A DNA stretch of 63,351 nucleotides from a virus. Within the stretch, counting starts at the first letter, position 1, and the number at the start of each line of letters is the position of its first letter. Positions 49,001 to 59,298 of this stretch are shown in pieces. The notes under the pieces were generated by a model. That model worked only from the letters and a program-made list of their open reading frames with translations. It was not told the origin of the DNA and made no database searches. The translations under genes were made by a program, and so were the position numbers. The DNA lies in the IMG/VR virus record IMGVR_UViG_3300045988_110668; one strand, written 5' to 3'.

Positions 49001-51457
49001 TTATTCGTTTTTAATTAATGTTTCATTTGAAATTAAAGTCTCGTTGTCTAACATTGTCAAGTAGCTGGAGATAACTATGTTGATCTTCTGTGGAGACTTG
49101 GTGATCTTTCCGGTTACTTCATAGATACCGTTGTCTCCAGATATGGATATGTCGCTAATGGCGTTAGATGATATACCGACCAGCTTATCAGAGGAATTTG
49201 ACAATGTTATGGTGATAGTGACCGTACTACCCTCAGCAACGTATTCCCCCGGATTAACCGAGTAGGATATCGACGAATAAGGGATGTTGCTCTTCACTAT
49301 TGGTCTAAACTCCACCATGCCCGGATACAGAGTGCCTAGTTTGTGCTTCTTTAGCTGGCGCTCGATTAAGAATTTACTCATAGAGTAATGAAAAAGCATA
49401 AAGGAATACAGCGCTAAAGCGGAATAACCGTTATTGATACCATACCTAGCGATTGTTAATCCTGTGCCTAAACTAGTAGAAGAACCTTTATTAATAACTG
49501 TATCTTTATACTGATATGTTGACTGATAACAAATCTCTCTTTCCTTATTGATAGATATAGCAGTATTAGCTAGATAGGAATAGGTAGATTCATTTGCGTT
49601 AACGCTTCTATGTTCTACTAAGAAGGGAGTATTAGCATTTTCACCAGCAGCATCACTTGTAGCTGTAAACTGAGGAGTACTTACTATTGGATATGCTCTA
49701 TCAATAACCACAGTGTAATCCTTCAATCCCAAGTCACCTACAAACTGACCATAGTCATCTACTCCGTCAAAGCAAAGAGCACCTGCGAAGTCGGGAATTT
49801 GCTCAATAACTAATCCTGTCCAATCTAAGCTAGTGTCATTAACTTTAAACCCGTGACCATTACTACTCGCTCCTGAGGGCGGTAATGTATGTATTCCGTC
49901 CTTATCTAATCGAAAGTTTTTTAATGAACCATTGTCGTAATACCCATAGTCTACATAACCATTAGAATTAATACCAGATACTTTTATCTTAAAACTAGGT
50001 AATTCAGTTACATACCACATTAACCAAGTTCTTTTTAAACTACCATTAACGGTAAAACTATAACTATTATAGCTTATTTTAGATTCGGCATCTTTTGACC
50101 AAATACCAAAATTAGTAACATATTTACCAATCCCACTTCCCGGATTCCAACCAATATTGAACAACTGCAAGTCTCGGCTATTACCACTATAATCAATCAA
50201 CTTATCGCCAAACTGTGTATGATTATCATTAGTAAGACCTTGCTTCTTGACATCATAGTAAATATCAGGTTTAACATACTTGTCCAAGTTGAAGTAGGCG
50301 ATTACTTGATTAATTTCGTCAGTGGTCAATACTCGTTTGGCGATGAAAGTCCAGTACCAGGCAACAGAGGAAGTGTACCATATCCCTTGATTATTAAATC
50401 CTTCAACAGAAAAATAATCTAATCCCGTAGACTCTAACAAACTGTTAGCTATATAATCATTTTTATCTCCCAGTATGGTGTTTACATTAGATATCTGACC
50501 GTTTCTTATATCGGTTGAAGTATAGCCGTATATTCCAGTTTTCCCGGGTTTCCCTTTTTCTATCTTAGATTCCAAATAAGAAGTAGGGGTAAATAACCAG
50601 TTATTTCTATTAACAGGATCGGATGTATCACTAATTTGACACATCATGGACACCACCGTTAACTCATTGCTTCCGCCCAGCATCTCGGATACAGGATTCT
50701 GACTGACAATCATGTCGTCGACTCCGTCAGTAACAAAGGCGCCTTCATATTCTGGAAGAACTTCAATAGTTATATCACAATCGAATTCTGTAACTTCCTC
50801 TGATATAGGACTAATAAACATTCCTATCCAAACATTAGTAGTTGAATCTAATAATGCGTCTGTTGGAACAAACGATTTAGCTAATTTATGAGTACCATTA
50901 CTTAAAAATATTGATGTTTCCCTTGTTGCATCTTTCGTAGCTAAATATTTGTAAACAAATTTACTATTTCCTTCAAGACCTTTAACAGTAACTCTAAAAG
51001 CGGGTATTTCTTTTATATTAGTTAGCACTCCATTTTCTTTCACATAACTATATAACAGACCTCTATTTGCAAGTCTGACATGAGTTATATGAATCGTAGT
51101 ACTAGTAGTATCAGAAGTATAATTTGCTGTACCTGAAAGATGTTCCCAAGTCTTATTATCACCGAACACTACTGGATAACCATTACAACCTGACATACCC
51201 TCATACGCAGCATTAAGTATCTCAAAATCACCTCCCCTGCCAGGAAGTTTGTTCTTGATGATATTGCGGTCGGGATCAGTATTGCTCTTGCCGTCAGCTA
51301 TCCATACACCTGCCAAGGAAGACAATACATCGGGAGAGATGTAGGGACGGTCGGTAACGGAAGAAGCTCCCGGAACTCCCAACTTAATCGCATTGAAGCG
51401 GATAGGATCAAGCCCTATCGCATCAAGCCTAATCGGATTTAATCCTATCGCTCCCAT
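49001..51457 (-). CDS. Large tail / receptor-binding protein (818 aa)
   Basis: Size and position among the fibre genes. Confidence 0.55.
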   Translation of the reverse strand: MGAIGLNPIRLDAIGLDPIRFNAIKLGVPGASSVTDRPYISPDVLSSLAGVWIADGKSNTDPDRNIIKNKLPGRGGDFEILNAAYEGMSGCNGYPVVFGDNKTWEHLSGTANYTSDTTSTTIHITHVRLANRGLLYSYVKENGVLTNIKEIPAFRVTVKGLEGNSKFVYKYLATKDATRETSIFLSNGTHKLAKSFVPTDALLDSTTNVWIGMFISPISEEVTEFDCDITIEVLPEYEGAFVTDGVDDMIVSQNPVSEMLGGSNELTVVSMMCQISDTSDPVNRNNWLFTPTSYLESKIEKGKPGKTGIYGYTSTDIRNGQISNVNTILGDKNDYIANSLLESTGLDYFSVEGFNNQGIWYTSSVAWYWTFIAKRVLTTDEINQVIAYFNLDKYVKPDIYYDVKKQGLTNDNHTQFGDKLIDYSGNSRDLQLFNIGWNPGSGIGKYVTNFGIWSKDAESKISYNSYSFTVNGSLKRTWLMWYVTELPSFKIKVSGINSNGYVDYGYYDNGSLKNFRLDKDGIHTLPPSGASSNGHGFKVNDTSLDWTGLVIEQIPDFAGALCFDGVDDYGQFVGDLGLKDYTVVIDRAYPIVSTPQFTATSDAAGENANTPFLVEHRSVNANESTYSYLANTAISINKEREICYQSTYQYKDTVINKGSSTSLGTGLTIARYGINNGYSALALYSFMLFHYSMSKFLIERQLKKHKLGTLYPGMVEFRPIVKSNIPYSSISYSVNPGEYVAEGSTVTITITLSNSSDKLVGISSNAISDISISGDNGIYEVTGKITKSPQKINIVISSYLTMLDNETLISNETLIKNE

Positions 51458-51738
51458 TACTCTTCTGATTCAAAATATTGAGCCTTGACCGGCTGCGTCT
51501 CACATTCAATCTTGATGTATTGTCCGGGGATTATTCCGACAATCGGACGGGCGAACTTCTTATCGTAATTTCTGCTCTCTACAACAGAGAAATTTTCTCC
51601 GTCATAGCTTATATACACCCAAAGCTTACCTCCTTTTTCAAATGTGATCTGCAATCCTATTTCTGCCGAATTTACTTGTACAGTATCACTTATATAATTA
51701 CGTTCGTCTTTAGCAAAGGTTATATCTGTTAATGCCAT
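51457..51738 (-). CDS. Hypothetical protein (93 aa)
   Basis: Track ORF. Confidence 0.5.
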   Translation of the reverse strand: MALTDITFAKDERNYISDTVQVNSAEIGLQITFEKGGKLWVYISYDGENFSVVESRNYDKKFARPIVGIIPGQYIKIECETQPVKAQYFESEE

Positions 51739-51755
51739 GATTGTTCCTCCTATTA

Positions 51756-52274
51756 TTATGATTCAAATTTGATATCGTTAATTCTATTCAACCACCCTCG
51801 TTTGAACTTGTTGTTTGCAGGACGTTTCCGGCAGATGTCCTCTATAAAATCAAAACGAGCAATCTTGATCCGATCAAATAACTCGCGTGGATTCTTAGAA
51901 TTAACTGCCGAAATGGTTTTTGGTCCGACAATACCGTCAGGAATTACGCCGACCAATTCCTGCGGGATCTTGATACCATGAATACCAGAGGCCCACACCC
52001 AATCAACGAGAATATTAGCAACTGATTGAGATTTTATCTCGTCAGCCTTCCAACGGTCCCAATACATTGTTTTCATGATCTCTGTCCATTCCTCCTTAGA
52101 GAGATTCTTCAACCTTTCTATTGTTGGTTTTGGATAGCCTTTTTTCTTGCAATAAGCCTCATAGGTGGAGATTGTTACTCCCATATTGGTAGCTCCTCCT
52201 AAATCATCAGGATCATTTACGAAACCACCTTCCCATTTTAAGATGAACGGTGCCAATTCTTTTACATCTGCCAT
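51756..52274 (-). CDS. Endolysin (GH108 N-terminal domain plus peptidoglycan-binding domain)
   Basis: [24 protein letters not shown] signature. Confidence 0.85.
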   Translation of the reverse strand: MADVKELAPFILKWEGGFVNDPDDLGGATNMGVTISTYEAYCKKKGYPKPTIERLKNLSKEEWTEIMKTMYWDRWKADEIKSQSVANILVDWVWASGIHGIKIPQELVGVIPDGIVGPKTISAVNSKNPRELFDRIKIARFDFIEDICRKRPANNKFKRGWLNRINDIKFES

Positions 52275-52286
52275 ATTTCTTTCCTC

Positions 52287-52565
52287 CTATAATATCAATG
52301 TTAATACTCCCAACGCCAGACCCACGCAATCACAGATGATGTCTTTAATTGAGAACTCTGTTTTCTTACAATACTTATCGTATATCTCCTTCAAGATGAA
52401 GATTGCTATGGTTATAATGATTGCTTCCCATAGTGGCACAATTCCAAAAAACTTTGATAGCCATATTATCAAGTTCTGGCACACTATAATGTGAGCCATG
52501 CCGTCTAATCCTATCTTGGATAGAGATTTACTGATTAATGTCTCGATTCTATTTACCCAATTCAT
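52287..52565 (-). CDS. Small membrane protein (holin/antiholin candidate)
   Basis: Two or three hydrophobic helices, adjacent to the endolysin gene. Confidence 0.5.
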   Translation of the reverse strand: MNWVNRIETLISKSLSKIGLDGMAHIIVCQNLIIWLSKFFGIVPLWEAIIITIAIFILKEIYDKYCKKTEFSIKDIICDCVGLALGVLTLIL

Positions 52566-53028
52566 CCACTTCCTCCTTTTCTATAATTTCCTTCACATCC
52601 TCCTTATCAACCTTAAACACCTTCTTACCAAACACACCCAAAGCCCCGATAAGATTGATGTTAATCCCCTTTGGCTTCAGTATATTCCCAACGATTGAGC
52701 ATCCCTCTATAAAGCATACCAATAAGCAGGAGTACACATCAATAGGATATTCATTATGACTCGCTACGCTAATCATACAGACCATGCATACGAAAGCAAA
52801 GTAAGTGACCATTTTTCCCATGGTCGCACGAATTGCGCGAGAGAATCTTACTTTATCACCCATTAGCATGCTTTTCCTTACTCCGAACAGGAGATCACAG
52901 AGAATTACCGCACACGTAACAATCAGCCATGGAATCATATTTTGCAATGATTCGGCAACAAACGCTCCGGCTATTGCGGCGAAACTGCCAGTAGTGGTAT
53001 GGATTATCGCTTCTTTCATATTAGACAA
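52549..53028 (-). CDS. Holin-family membrane protein
   Basis: Multi-TM. ..WLIVTCAVILCDLLFGVRKS..SRAIRATMGKMVTYF.. resembles the holin family 4 pattern. Confidence 0.6.
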   Translation of the reverse strand: MSNMKEAIIHTTTGSFAAIAGAFVAESLQNMIPWLIVTCAVILCDLLFGVRKSMLMGDKVRFSRAIRATMGKMVTYFAFVCMVCMISVASHNEYPIDVYSCLLVCFIEGCSIVGNILKPKGININLIGALGVFGKKVFKVDKEDVKEIIEKEEVDELGK

Positions 53029-53516
53029 GTCAGATAAACGGTTAACAACGAAATTACCTCTATCCAGAACATAGGTTTCCTTTTGACAAGAGTCGCAATG
53101 AAGTTACCCGTCCAGTTCTCACTTATCGCAATAGCCAGATATGCAATAAATCCCACCCATAGAAAAAGCCAATACCAGGCATTACAACCTACCCATATTT
53201 GGGAGAAGATTAAAGACATGGCGGCACCGATACAATGTGATACCTTCTGGCTTCCTTTAAAGTTGGGAGACACACCCAACACTCCCATTCCGACAACAGA
53301 AAGGAATACAAGAAACTGGCTGTTCTCGGAACTGGCTTCCAATGCAGCCGGAAGAAGCAATGCACCGGAACCGACCATGCAAAGAGTAAACCAGAACTTA
53401 TGCGTCAGGGCGTAGTAGGTATCACTGATTGAATAAGGGATTTCTTTACCCTTCTTTATCATCGCGAAGACATACCCGGCGATGAGGATGAATGACATTA
53501 ATACTAGTAAAATCAT
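53016..53516 (-). CDS. Polytopic membrane protein (166 aa)
   Basis: About 5 hydrophobic helices. Confidence 0.55.
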   Translation of the reverse strand: MILLVLMSFILIAGYVFAMIKKGKEIPYSISDTYYALTHKFWFTLCMVGSGALLLPAALEASSENSQFLVFLSVVGMGVLGVSPNFKGSQKVSHCIGAAMSLIFSQIWVGCNAWYWLFLWVGFIAYLAIAISENWTGNFIATLVKRKPMFWIEVISLLTVYLTCLI

Positions 53517-53536
53517 AGGTTTATCTGTTTTTTAAG

Positions 53537-53800
53537 TTATTGATTTACTTTTGAAAGAGCTTCGTTGACAGCCATTCGATCAATTACACGAGTAAATAGC
53601 TGTGTATACTTTTTTAGAGATTCCGCTTGTTCAGGCGATATATCAACTTCTCCTTCCCGGTGTATATCTTGTGCAAGATTAAATTCTCCAAGATCACCTG
53701 TAGTCTGAAAAATCGCATTTCCAAATGTTTTAGATACATCGATGGTACTCTTATTCCCTTCGAGATCCACTAGTTCAATTTTTCTAAAATCTATTTTCAT
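53537..53800 (-). CDS. Hypothetical protein (87 aa)
   Basis: Track ORF. Confidence 0.5.
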   Translation of the reverse strand: MKIDFRKIELVDLEGNKSTIDVSKTFGNAIFQTTGDLGEFNLAQDIHREGEVDISPEQAESLKKYTQLFTRVIDRMAVNEALSKVNQ

Positions 53801-53808
53801 TGTTACAA

Positions 53809-56800
53809 TTATTTAATAAACAGGTTATTAACGTAATATGGTGGGGAAGTCTTAGCAATATCAGCTGTCACAAATGTTACGAACTTCCAAGGTTCAATAG
53901 TATAAGTTAGAGAACTAGGCTGATTATATACCACTCTTTTAGGATAATCAGAGCTATTAACAACCGTCACTTTCTTGAATGTTGCAGAATCGCAAATACG
54001 CAAAACATAATTTCCATTTCCTTCCATAACAATGCAATCTATAGGTTGTCCCGATTGAGGATATCTATCTACATTATTATCTGATCCATAACCATAGATG
54101 TGAACATAAAAATTCCAATCATTATTGGCAAAAACTTTAATTGTAGTCATTACTCTATGCCCGAACTCCCCTCTGCACCACAAGTCAGATGTGTAAAATC
54201 TCCATGAGCGACCTTCCTCAGAATTGTACCCTTGTTGGTATAAATCCCCAGAAATCCAAGTTTTTGAAAAATCAATATTAAACGAAGAGGAAACATTATC
54301 TCCAGAGCCTTCTGTATTAAAAGAAATCTTGCCTTGCATCTTGCCTGCATTATCAATAGCTTGTAATTCTTTGAAAGTACCCGTTGCCCCTTTTAATTTT
54401 GTCACTTCAAGAGTATCAACGTTAATAAACTCCGTCTTTATCTTCCCGGCTTCTATGAAAGTCTTTCCGCCTACGGTCATTCCCCCACTTTCAGGAAGAG
54501 ATATTTTTCCGTCAGCAGTTAACTCAACACCTGTCTGATTATGCTTGATGGAGCCTTCAGTCATTAACCAACCCTCTGTCTTCTCCAGATTACCCACAAA
54601 TATCCCCGAAGTACCGAGGACATCAATAGTTGCGTTCTGCGCCAAAAGGACGTTGGTAGCTACGTTCACAAATTCACTGAATTCTTCCCACTTCGTTGAA
54701 TCGAAAGAAGAAGTAGATGTATGAGTAATCTTACAGAGTTTGTTCTGGCCGTTATAGATTACAGTATCTATAAATGCATCATTATGATAATACTCTGTAT
54801 TTGCTGCCCATACTCCACGCGGGCGGAGCATTGCACCGGGTAATCCAGTCTTTCCTTGGCTTCCAGTAATACAAACCGGATCGCTTTCCCATGTAGAATT
54901 GTCCGTATAAGTGACCTTGGTCTTAGACCATAAGTATTTGCCGTTTTGCCACGTGGGAGAAGTGCTAGACCAAGAACCACCAACTAAGGAACTGGAAGAA
55001 GTCGAAAGGTAGTATAAGACATCAACAGCACTTATCCCTACGCCATCGTTCCCGCTAGGCCCCTTTCCGCCTGTCACACATACGGGGTTAGTTTCCGTAT
55101 AAGAATTGTCTGTATAAGTTATAATGGAACGTGTCCAGATATATTTACCGTCCTTCCATGCCGGAACAGTAGTAGACCATGAACCACCCGTAGTGGTACT
55201 ATATGATGTAGATAGGTAGTATTGCTCGGAAACACTCTTAACGCCAATTCCCGTAGCCCCCTTACCACCCGTCACACATATCGGATCGGTTGTCGTTGAT
55301 GCGCTATCTGTATATGTTATTACTGACCTAGTCCAAATATATTTCCCATTTTCCCATGTCGGAGGTGTTGTACTCCAAGAGCCACCAACCAAGGAATTAG
55401 AAGAAGTAGATAGATAATATTCTTCGACAATGCTTGATACTCCCCTACCATTATCTCCAGTACTGCCTTTACCTCCGGTGATACAAGCCGGATTGGTTTC
55501 AATAGACGAACCGTCTGTATAGACCACTTTGGTTTTACTCCAAATGTATTTCCCATCTACCCAAGTTGGTGAGTTCGTAGACCATGAACCACCGGAAAGG
55601 GAGGTTGAAGAACTGGAAAGATAATAAAGAACATCAACGCTCTGTACACCTTTACCGTCTTTTCCTGCTTCGCCCTTGATTTTAGACCAAGTATAATCGG
55701 CAAACACATTGCTATCTGCCTGTACAAAATCTACATATACACCCATGTATACACCGGGAGTCTCACCATTATTAGCGGTGAAGGTTTTCCCGTCATCAGA
55801 GTATTTGATGTGAAGGTAGCTGGTCTTCCCATTTTCTCCATTTGTACCAGGTATGCCATCACCTCCTTCAAATTTAGCCCATGTATACTTAGAAGGATCG
55901 CTGCTACTTGCTTGAACAAAGTCAACATAAGTACCAATATATTTATTGGGAGTATCAGTCATTTGAGAAGCCGTAGGATTCTGGACGGGAGAATACTTGA
56001 TATGAAAATATGAAGTTTTTCCGTCAGCACCATCTTTCCCGGGTATTCCGTCCTTTCCGGGCGCTCCTTGTGAGCCTGTATCCCCTTTAGATATAGATTT
56101 CAACCAGTCCGTAGAAGAATCTGACGGTTCCTGCGTAGTCGTGGACTCAATGCAAATCCATGTACTGCCGTTATGAGTCACTTCATCGTAGTACCAGTAT
56201 GTGTCGGATTTCCATTTACCCTTGAATACCGGAATGGGAGCCTCAGTCACACCGTCACTGGATATCTGCCTGATAGTTCCGGTCATATAGACTCTATTGA
56301 GATATGCGCTATGACCGGACATATCAATGCCAAACAGCTTCAGGTTAGATAAGTCGCCTAACTGCATGGCTATCATGTCCTTCGTTATTTCCCAGTTATT
56401 AACACCCTTAAGGAAGCGGATGTAATTCTGTGTAGAGTAACATGACTTTTGGCGCTCAGCGTTAGTGAAATTACCGTATGCGACAAAATGCATCGCCTTA
56501 CAAGGATTGAAAGTATATCCACTACGGAGGACGTATTTAAAAGAAGAGTTATCTATCTTTTCTGTAATCCGAAAATACGCAGTTTGGAAACCGGTATCGT
56601 TATTGAATACTCCCTTACAGATATCATCAACCTCTACTTGTGATACCTCCCCGGGTTCCAGCTTTAAATGAACGGTCTTGTTCGCTGCATCCACTGATTC
56701 AATGATACCACCGCCGGGAGCATTCCATTCTTCACCGGATACAATAGACACACGGTTATACCGCAACTCCGGTACTTCCAAGAAATCACGCAGCCGCAAG

Positions 56801-57276
56801 GACTTTGCGTCAATATGGCCTTCGGGAGTAATCAGCCAGCCTAGGAGATTCTGCACGTAGTCTTTTGATGATATTTCCTTTGAGAAAGTTGCGTCTTCGG
56901 CTATCAATTTCTGAATAACAGCCTTGATCTTAACATTAATACCGGCAAGGAAAGTTATCAACCCTCTAGCTTCATCATCCTCTATCTTGCTAAGATATTT
57001 GTTCCCGGATTCTTCTTCCGTAATAATTGGAGATAATCGATAATGCTTTCTACCGTCTTCTTCAGATATAGTATCATCCTTCACCAGTTTATACACGCCT
57101 TCGCCTATTTCGACAGAAATAATCTGACCGGCATACGGGAAATACTCTTCCGCGTCCGTATTACGGGCATACGATGTCGCATCCTCCAATGTCTTGAAGG
57201 TTTCAGTGGAATCAATAGGTCTTCCCGTTGTTCTTTTATATTGTAATGCAAAACTACTTCCGTTTATCTTCACCAT
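53809..57276 (-). CDS. Tail fibre with collagen-like G-X-Y stretches and tandem ~65-aa repeats
   Basis: Start at MVKINGSSF, 5 nt after the upstream stop. GDTGSQGAPGKDGIPGKDGADGK, then four repeats of ..YYLS.S...L.GGSWS...P.W..GKY.W......YTD. Confidence 0.8.
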   Translation of the reverse strand: MVKINGSSFALQYKRTTGRPIDSTETFKTLEDATSYARNTDAEEYFPYAGQIISVEIGEGVYKLVKDDTISEEDGRKHYRLSPIITEEESGNKYLSKIEDDEARGLITFLAGINVKIKAVIQKLIAEDATFSKEISSKDYVQNLLGWLITPEGHIDAKSLRLRDFLEVPELRYNRVSIVSGEEWNAPGGGIIESVDAANKTVHLKLEPGEVSQVEVDDICKGVFNNDTGFQTAYFRITEKIDNSSFKYVLRSGYTFNPCKAMHFVAYGNFTNAERQKSCYSTQNYIRFLKGVNNWEITKDMIAMQLGDLSNLKLFGIDMSGHSAYLNRVYMTGTIRQISSDGVTEAPIPVFKGKWKSDTYWYYDEVTHNGSTWICIESTTTQEPSDSSTDWLKSISKGDTGSQGAPGKDGIPGKDGADGKTSYFHIKYSPVQNPTASQMTDTPNKYIGTYVDFVQASSSDPSKYTWAKFEGGDGIPGTNGENGKTSYLHIKYSDDGKTFTANNGETPGVYMGVYVDFVQADSNVFADYTWSKIKGEAGKDGKGVQSVDVLYYLSSSSTSLSGGSWSTNSPTWVDGKYIWSKTKVVYTDGSSIETNPACITGGKGSTGDNGRGVSSIVEEYYLSTSSNSLVGGSWSTTPPTWENGKYIWTRSVITYTDSASTTTDPICVTGGKGATGIGVKSVSEQYYLSTSYSTTTGGSWSTTVPAWKDGKYIWTRSIITYTDNSYTETNPVCVTGGKGPSGNDGVGISAVDVLYYLSTSSSSLVGGSWSSTSPTWQNGKYLWSKTKVTYTDNSTWESDPVCITGSQGKTGLPGAMLRPRGVWAANTEYYHNDAFIDTVIYNGQNKLCKITHTSTSSFDSTKWEEFSEFVNVATNVLLAQNATIDVLGTSGIFVGNLEKTEGWLMTEGSIKHNQTGVELTADGKISLPESGGMTVGGKTFIEAGKIKTEFINVDTLEVTKLKGATGTFKELQAIDNAGKMQGKISFNTEGSGDNVSSSFNIDFSKTWISGDLYQQGYNSEEGRSWRFYTSDLWCRGEFGHRVMTTIKVFANNDWNFYVHIYGYGSDNNVDRYPQSGQPIDCIVMEGNGNYVLRICDSATFKKVTVVNSSDYPKRVVYNQPSSLTYTIEPWKFVTFVTADIAKTSPPYYVNNLFIK

Positions 57277-57280
57277 AATC

Positions 57281-58261
57281 TTATGCAGTTTTAAAAGTGA
57301 AAGTATCAGGGTCATTCAATCCGGGTGTCTGAATAACCCACATCTTATAACTAATAGCGGCACTTCCATTGGCTCCTTCTACGGAAATATCCACCGGACC
57401 GGTAGTAATACCCGTATCTTCTATGAAGTTACCCGGGTAAGCTGTCAATGTCAATTCCTTGATCACATCTGCTGGAATACACACAGCAATCGTTTTCCAT
57501 TTATCTACAGAGAACTTATATGTGCCTGGGCCGCTATAAAGTCCACTTGTTCCTAATGCACGTACTTCAGCAGAAGTGGTGGGAACAGAAGAACATATAC
57601 CGGCAAACCATTTACGGCGGACATTTACACTGATCTTATCAGTCAAGGTTGCTTCCGGAGTTTTCCCATCTTCACTTGCAGAATATACCACCGTAGCCGT
57701 ATATGTTTCGTTTTTTACATATTGCCCTTCTAATATTCTGGTTGCCGTCTGTATGCCATTGGATTCAGGAGAAAATTCCATAACATTTTCTTCATCTCCG
57801 TCATAATACGCCTTTACGATCGCTCCCTGACTACCTTTATTGGAGGTATAAGTTATCATCCCTTTGCTTGTGCCATACTCTACGTCGTTAGGAGTTGAGA
57901 GACGGGAAACCAAGGAAGCGCTATTGACGCCACTAAATATTGCAATAAATATTTCTTCGTAAGACATTCCCTTTTGAAGAATCTTTCCCGGCTTTACATA
58001 CCCTACCTGGGGAGAAGATACCTTAATATCCTGACTTAACGAGGCCCCCCCTCCTATTTCCTTTACGTTTCCCTTATCTGTTCGAACTACAATTCGCGGA
58101 GATGAATCTTCATCATGTATATATATCTCACCTCTATTTAACCCTTCCAAAGAACGATCTTCTGCCGGATCAACAGGTGCGGCAGGAGGATATACAGGTG
58201 TCCCTTTCTCATCCACCTCATTTCCATGCCATAATATTTTAGATATATTCTTTTTCATCAT
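57281..58261 (-). CDS. Tail / baseplate-associated protein (326 aa)
   Basis: Synteny. Confidence 0.5.
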   Translation of the reverse strand: MMKKNISKILWHGNEVDEKGTPVYPPAAPVDPAEDRSLEGLNRGEIYIHDEDSSPRIVVRTDKGNVKEIGGGASLSQDIKVSSPQVGYVKPGKILQKGMSYEEIFIAIFSGVNSASLVSRLSTPNDVEYGTSKGMITYTSNKGSQGAIVKAYYDGDEENVMEFSPESNGIQTATRILEGQYVKNETYTATVVYSASEDGKTPEATLTDKISVNVRRKWFAGICSSVPTTSAEVRALGTSGLYSGPGTYKFSVDKWKTIAVCIPADVIKELTLTAYPGNFIEDTGITTGPVDISVEGANGSAAISYKMWVIQTPGLNDPDTFTFKTA

Positions 58262-59157
58262 ACCTCTATTTTGTTAGTATTAACAAAAGCAACTTTCGTT
58301 TCGTCATACTGAAGCATCTCACCATTCCTAGGATTGTCAACATTAAATCCGACAAGATTAATAGCGGAAGATTTTCCGGGTACTCCTCCAACTCCAGAGA
58401 TTTCATTTTCCAATGGTTCCAAGATAATAGACACGGAAAACATCTGTCCGTCTTCCGATACTGGAGACATCTCAGGAGTAGAGTTTCCTGAACGTACATA
58501 TCCTTTTCCGTTAATTCTGAAGTCAGACACACATAAGATTTTATTGATAAACTGCGCGAACCAATAGGGGATACCGGATGCATTTCCGCATGTCAAGGAA
58601 AAGGCATCATAAGGAATAGAGTACAATTCTATTATCTCTTGCTTCTGGTTTCTAAATTGCTCATTTTCTATCTTAGGCGAAAATCCTCCCGGTTTAAAAC
58701 CGGCTTCCAGCCTGAAATTAAATACCTGTTGTGCATCATCGATCCAGAAAATGTTATCAAACGGAGAATTATTATCCTTATGAGAGTAAGAAATAAGAGA
58801 TGTTTCTTCAAGCATCAGGCTATCAGAGCAAACGGCAAAAGGCTCGCTTAAGACATAGAAATCTCCGGATGCATCCACAACTTCTATTTTGTAAACCGAA
58901 TCCGATAACCCGGTTATATTAGAATAGTACATCTTAGTACTATCATTGACTTCATATTCTAATAGGCTGATACTACTTTGAGTCCCGACTATCAAATTTC
59001 TAAGATATGCCCTTACAGTATGGGAAGAATCATTTGAAAAGATTTGAATCAGAACGTTATCATTAGTATGAAAACGTTGAATATAGTCTATGTCCTGTTG
59101 GAATTTATTCTTTATAGGATTAAAGAACAATGGACAGATGTCTCCTATTTTAATCAT
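58258..59157 (-). CDS. Tail / baseplate-associated protein (299 aa)
   Basis: Synteny; it has its own promoter/hairpin motif upstream. Confidence 0.5.
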   Translation of the reverse strand: MIKIGDICPLFFNPIKNKFQQDIDYIQRFHTNDNVLIQIFSNDSSHTVRAYLRNLIVGTQSSISLLEYEVNDSTKMYYSNITGLSDSVYKIEVVDASGDFYVLSEPFAVCSDSLMLEETSLISYSHKDNNSPFDNIFWIDDAQQVFNFRLEAGFKPGGFSPKIENEQFRNQKQEIIELYSIPYDAFSLTCGNASGIPYWFAQFINKILCVSDFRINGKGYVRSGNSTPEMSPVSEDGQMFSVSIILEPLENEISGVGGVPGKSSAINLVGFNVDNPRNGEMLQYDETKVAFVNTNKIEV

Positions 59158-59185
59158 ACGGTCTTTTCGTTCTTAAGTGGGTAAC

Positions 59186-59215
59186 AGTGCCACATGACAC
59201 TTCACTGCAAATATA
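59186..59215 (-). promoter_or_regulatory. -7 box TATATTTG plus hairpin AGTG-TCATGTGG-CACT
   Basis: Third copy of the late-operon motif. Confidence 0.55.
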
Positions 59216-59298
59216 CCAATAATCTCAAAAATAGCAAAAGATTTTCCTTTTTATTGCATATAAGCAACAGAAGGCACTTTAACAATCCTCTTATTGTT

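Noticed and set aside
47183-57276. A diversity-generating retroelement targeting the fibre genes.
   Set aside because: No reverse transcriptase-like ORF was found anywhere in the window, and I saw no template/variable repeat pair.
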